Source: Saccostrea cucullata
Taxonomy: Eukaryota
DNA length: 64,000 nucleotides
Reading direction: 5' to 3'
NCBI RefSeq assembly: GCF_032062105.1
Contig: NW_026938699.1
Location: 1 to 64,000, forward strand
Below the pieces are notes generated by a model. It had not been told where the DNA came from, did not search any database, and saw only the letters and a program-made list of their open reading frames with translations. The translations under genes and the position numbers were made by a program. Shown here piece by piece: positions 60,101 to 64,000 of the stretch. Within the stretch, counting starts at the first letter, position 1; each line of letters opens with the position of its first letter.

Positions 60101-60480
60101 CATTTTGCTCCATGCTGTACCCAGGTTCTACTTCTGATGTAGCTATTGTACGTCACAGCCAAGTTTTACGAAAGTTCAAAGCTGGAGACCTTATTTTGGT
60201 GGTCAAAGGTTTCACCATTCATGACCAGTTGCCCCAGGGTGTCTGCTTAATTATAAAAGCTCTTTTATCGACACGAGGCCAGTTTACCATACAAGAAGCA
60301 GCACTGTGTTACAAGATTGCTAAAGCACTTATTCATGTGGAAAGAGCCAACGAGAGGATAAAGAATTACGAGATTCTCCGTCACATACCATCTACTTACA
60401 GACCAATCTCAACAAAAATATTTCAACTCTGTTCTTGTCTTGTAAACTTGCAAGCTCCACTTTTGAAAGAAATTACTTAA
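57176..60480 (+). pseudogene. THAP + Harbinger/ISL2EU-type DDE transposase, decayed
   Basis: MSRCCIV at 57176; THAP end RICSCHF..P at 57546-57689; EHNY plus coiled coil at 58064-58231; DDE exon 59927-60480 ([31 protein letters not shown] with the catalytic D lost, [15 protein letters not shown]). Confidence 0.8.
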
Positions 60481-61865
60481 AGATACATGTACTTATTATA
60501 AATTTGCATTGGCGTGTGACAGTATACACTAAACAGTGAAGATATTCATACCAAAGTGCAAGGGATAAGCAAATTTTGATTTGTTATCAATGTCAATGGT
60601 TATATTTGTTAACTTTGTAGTATGTTGTAATACATATACTTCAGAAAATGAAAATCCCTTTTGTTAGCATGGATTTATTACAAGAATGTTTGGCAATTCC
60701 ATTCTTCATTTGACAATATAATTTGGAAGAGGGTTTACTTATAATTTTAAATCTCTAGTTTAAAGTATATTTACCTTTAAAGCACAACTCAACAAATTCA
60801 TGTTTTCAACAATTTATCTATTAAGAAAGACCAAAATGTTACATTTTCACTTTGAGAATAACATCTTCAATTCATTAATAAAATGATTCTAAATTTTGAT
60901 ATTCTTTTTTTATGTAGTACATAGATTTTATTAATCATCATTGCTATTTAAAATAGTCTTATAAGCCAGAAGTTTTATGATGGATTGTGACATATCATAT
61001 CATACATTTATGAGACTTAGGAACATTCAACACATTTAACATGATTACCCATTTTCCATTGTTAGAAAATTCTAGAGGTACAAAACTAAGTGTCAAGAAG
61101 TTCAAACCAGAACTCAGTTTTCCATCAGTGCTGGAATGAAAATGTTAATGTAGAAATCTATCAGCTTTGGAACATTTGCTGTCCATTCAATGTCTTTTAC
61201 TATTCTAATCACAATGCAGTCTACTCTTGTCCACACAATTAAGTCGCAGAATGTTTTGTTACATATGTGTAGCTGCATGGCCTTGAATTTGATGATAGTA
61301 TGGGTGACTGGTTTTCAGGCACAGGGTATCTTGTTTAAGATCTAAAAAAAAAATCAAAAAACACTTAAGTTGTGTTATACCAGTACATATCCCCTCCTTT
61401 TTCAATATCTTCATACCATATTGAACAGCTGCACTTGTAAATTAATACATGTTTTGAAATCATTTACTCACCAAGATTTTTAATTTCAAAGTACTGGACA
61501 ATACAGATTTTTAATGTTATTTACCTATGAAAAATCCTTCAAATTTTGTGCCTCATCTGCTACTGTTGAAGACGATGCTGTATATGGACACTTCACCTCT
61601 ACAATATTAGGAATGGCGTCTTTGGCTTCTGGAGTTTGATAAAATACACTGCATGTTGGTGGTCGAACAACTAAGCCATCAGGTGAAGCTCCCAACACTC
61701 CGGATTCATGCAACCATATCCTTTTCAGAAAAAAATTATAATACTACTGAATGCAAACAAACCATAATACAATTGATTTTGTAATGCAAACAAAGTCTAA
61801 GTAGAGCTTTTATAATCCTTCCACTTCAAAAAGCAAATTTTCTGGAATATGTTGGTAACTGAATA

Positions 61866-62708
61866 TTTATGCCCCGCCATGAATATGGCCGGGGCATATA
61901 GTGTTTGTAATGTCCGTCTTCCGTCCTTCTGTCCTTCCGTCCCACTTTGTGTTTAGCTCTGTTCAAAGCTAAGATTCAAAGAAACTATCCAAGATATTTT
62001 CATCAAACTTCATATGCTGATAGATATTGATGAGAGCTATGCAACTGCATTAACATTTTTTGACCTTGACCTGACTTTTCTTAAATAGTGTTTAGCTCAG
62101 TTTTAAACATACCATTCAAGATGGTGTTATCAAACTTTACATGTTGATACAAACTTGCATAGATGATGCATCTAGAGATGAACACTACTGGACATGCTTC
62201 GGATGCTGGATCTGACCTACATTTTCCAGATGAGTGACCAAATTAAAGTTTTTGGAGCAGGTCCATTCTTAAGGAACTATAAGCCCTACTTAGACCAAAC
62301 TTGCTTGGATGATGCATCTAAGGATGGACACTACCGGACTTGCTTCGATGCTGGATCTGACTTACATTTTCATTCCCAAGTAACTATAAGCCCTACCTAA
62401 ACCAAACTTGCATGGATGATGCAGCTAGGGATGGACACTACCAGACTTGCTTCGGATGCTGGATCTGACCTATATTTTCATTCCCAAGTAACTATAAACC
62501 CTACCTGAACCAAACTTGCGTGGATGATGCATCTAGGGATGGACACTACCAGACTTGCTTTGGATGCTGGACCTACATTTTTATTCCCAACTAACTATAA
62601 GCCCTGCCTGAACCAAACTGATCAAATTTTATACATGTACAAATTTCATGTTGCTTTACTAATATATCCTCGGCGGGGCATTCATGTCCTATGGACATAT
62701 TTCTAGTT
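61866..62708 (+). mobile_element. Helentron/HINE-like element nested in the YqaJ intron
   Basis: 5' atgccccgcc with a local hairpin, (gtcc)n-like tract, ~105-bp internal tandem repeats, 3' ggcggggcat and the palindrome atgtcctatggacat, ending ctagtt. Confidence 0.8.
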
Positions 62709-63049
62709 TTTTTATTACAATTAGACTTCAGTAATTGATTTCTGTTTGTCACCAGGATAAGTCCTGTTATTTGTTTTGACACAATGAATGTTAACATGTC
62801 AGAGATTGAAGGAATATTATTTTGTGCTGTATACCTGACTGCTCTACAGCTGCATCTAAGTCCTTTTCATACTTTCTCAAAGCATCATCTTCATGAGTGA
62901 TACCCCATGCAACAGCCTTGATGGACTCCAGATTGTAAGCCGACATCAGCTGTTTCTTCAGTGACAATGTCAATCTGGAGAAGAAAATATGATTTTTGGT
63001 TATTAATCTTATATTTCCTGCATCTTTATGTACAAATATCTAGTCATTA

Positions 63050-63243
63050 CAGTCGAACCTCATTATCTCAAACTCAATGAGACCAAGAAAAATGTTGGAA
63101 ATATCCATGGATTCAAGAATAACACATAAATAGTTATCAAGAATAAAATGTCCCAGTCTTTTATAAATGGTTTGGACTTCAAAATTACTGTGACATATCC
63201 ATGAAATATGAGATAATGGGTTTGAGATAACAAAGTTTGACTG
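63050..63243. mobile_element. Tc1/pogo-type MITE
   Basis: TA|cagtcgaacctcattatctcaaac ... gtttgagataacaaagtttgactg|TA. Confidence 0.75.
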
Positions 63244-64000
63244 TAATTTTAAAAGTCTTTTTCGCAAAAATTTAATCACACGTCTTACCGCCTTTGCTTA
63301 GAACTGAGAACTGCACCAAAGTTGGAAGCTGATATGCTATATTTCCTTACAATCGACCACATTGGGTTGTTTCGTTGCCAATGCAGCTCTTTTAATGGAT
63401 TCAGGGATAATGCATGCTGTAACCATACCATAGGGGTATCAGAATGAACATACTCTGGTGATGTTAACAGGTCTTCAATGAGAGGTACAGGTGGACCAGG
63501 TTCACATGGCTCTGGTTCAAGAATCCAATTCAATGCTGAAAAATTTCATTACTTGTGTCATTCTCAAAAATATCATCCATAATATCCATATCACATATAC
63601 CAAGTATTTATATAAGAGTCCATACATTTCATTTTAGTGAACACTGTCATGGGTTTTTGTAATGAATGCATTACATATCAAATTTACAACTCACTTGCAT
63701 ATATTTGTTCAGAATTGTTCCTGTATATAATTTTGCACAAACATGTAAAAATTGGTGCAAATGTACAATTAATATTTACTTAATTATTAACAAGGTTTCA
63801 TAATGACAGAGTATTTAAATAATAGAAGAATGATCTGATAATTCGCAAGAATATGAAACAAAATATTTTTTTTAATGCAATTGAATAATTTATTTTTCCT
63901 TTCAAAAATGTATGCTCATGTACAAAAATGCTATCATATTTATAATATTGTCTTTCCAATTATTCAAAGGTTGTTATTAATATTTATTACATAATATGTT

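Larger units (their letters stand above)
61114..63536 (-). pseudogene. YqaJ/lambda-exonuclease-like second ORF of the same transposon, frameshifted (5' part further right or outside the window)
   Basis: Approximate exons 63536-63288, 62975-62835, 61720-61525, 61341-61114. Motifs ISASNFG, AVAWGITHE, LGASPDGLV, EVKCPY, YYHQIQG, CDLIVWT. Frameshifts near 61530 and 61278. Confidence 0.82.

Noticed and set aside
61114-63536. Phage or viral insertion or bacterial contamination suggested by YqaJ
   Set aside because: The gene has spliceosomal introns with host repeats and pairs with a Harbinger-type transposase, so a transposon explains it.

Overview
AT-rich, intron-rich animal DNA. The repeat families resemble those of an oyster/bivalve (inference). 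I rebuilt the spliced genes by hand, checking splice sites and phase. Genes in order: (1) the 3' part of HEATR5B (+); (2) a 9-exon minus-strand gene for a predicted secreted DNase II-fold protein that has lost both catalytic HxK motifs and is joined through a charged linker to a CxxC thioredoxin-like domain, which is the best candidate for an undescribed system; (3) TRMT61A (+); (4) an 11-exon minus-strand LRR gene with an N-terminal hydrophobic anchor and a C-terminal BC-box/Cys tail, where one exon end plus its splice donor has been amplified into a ~40-copy 34-bp minisatellite; (5) an isthmin (TSP1+AMOP) gene (+); (6) two convergent uncharacterised low-complexity ORFs; (7) a decayed ISL2EU/PIF-Harbinger-type transposon (THAP-DDE transposase facing a YqaJ exonuclease). 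Between these lie Helentron-like satellite-bearing elements, a mariner relic, an RTE LINE relic, SINE heads, MITEs and hairpin elements. Family calls come from remembered motifs; no database search was run.
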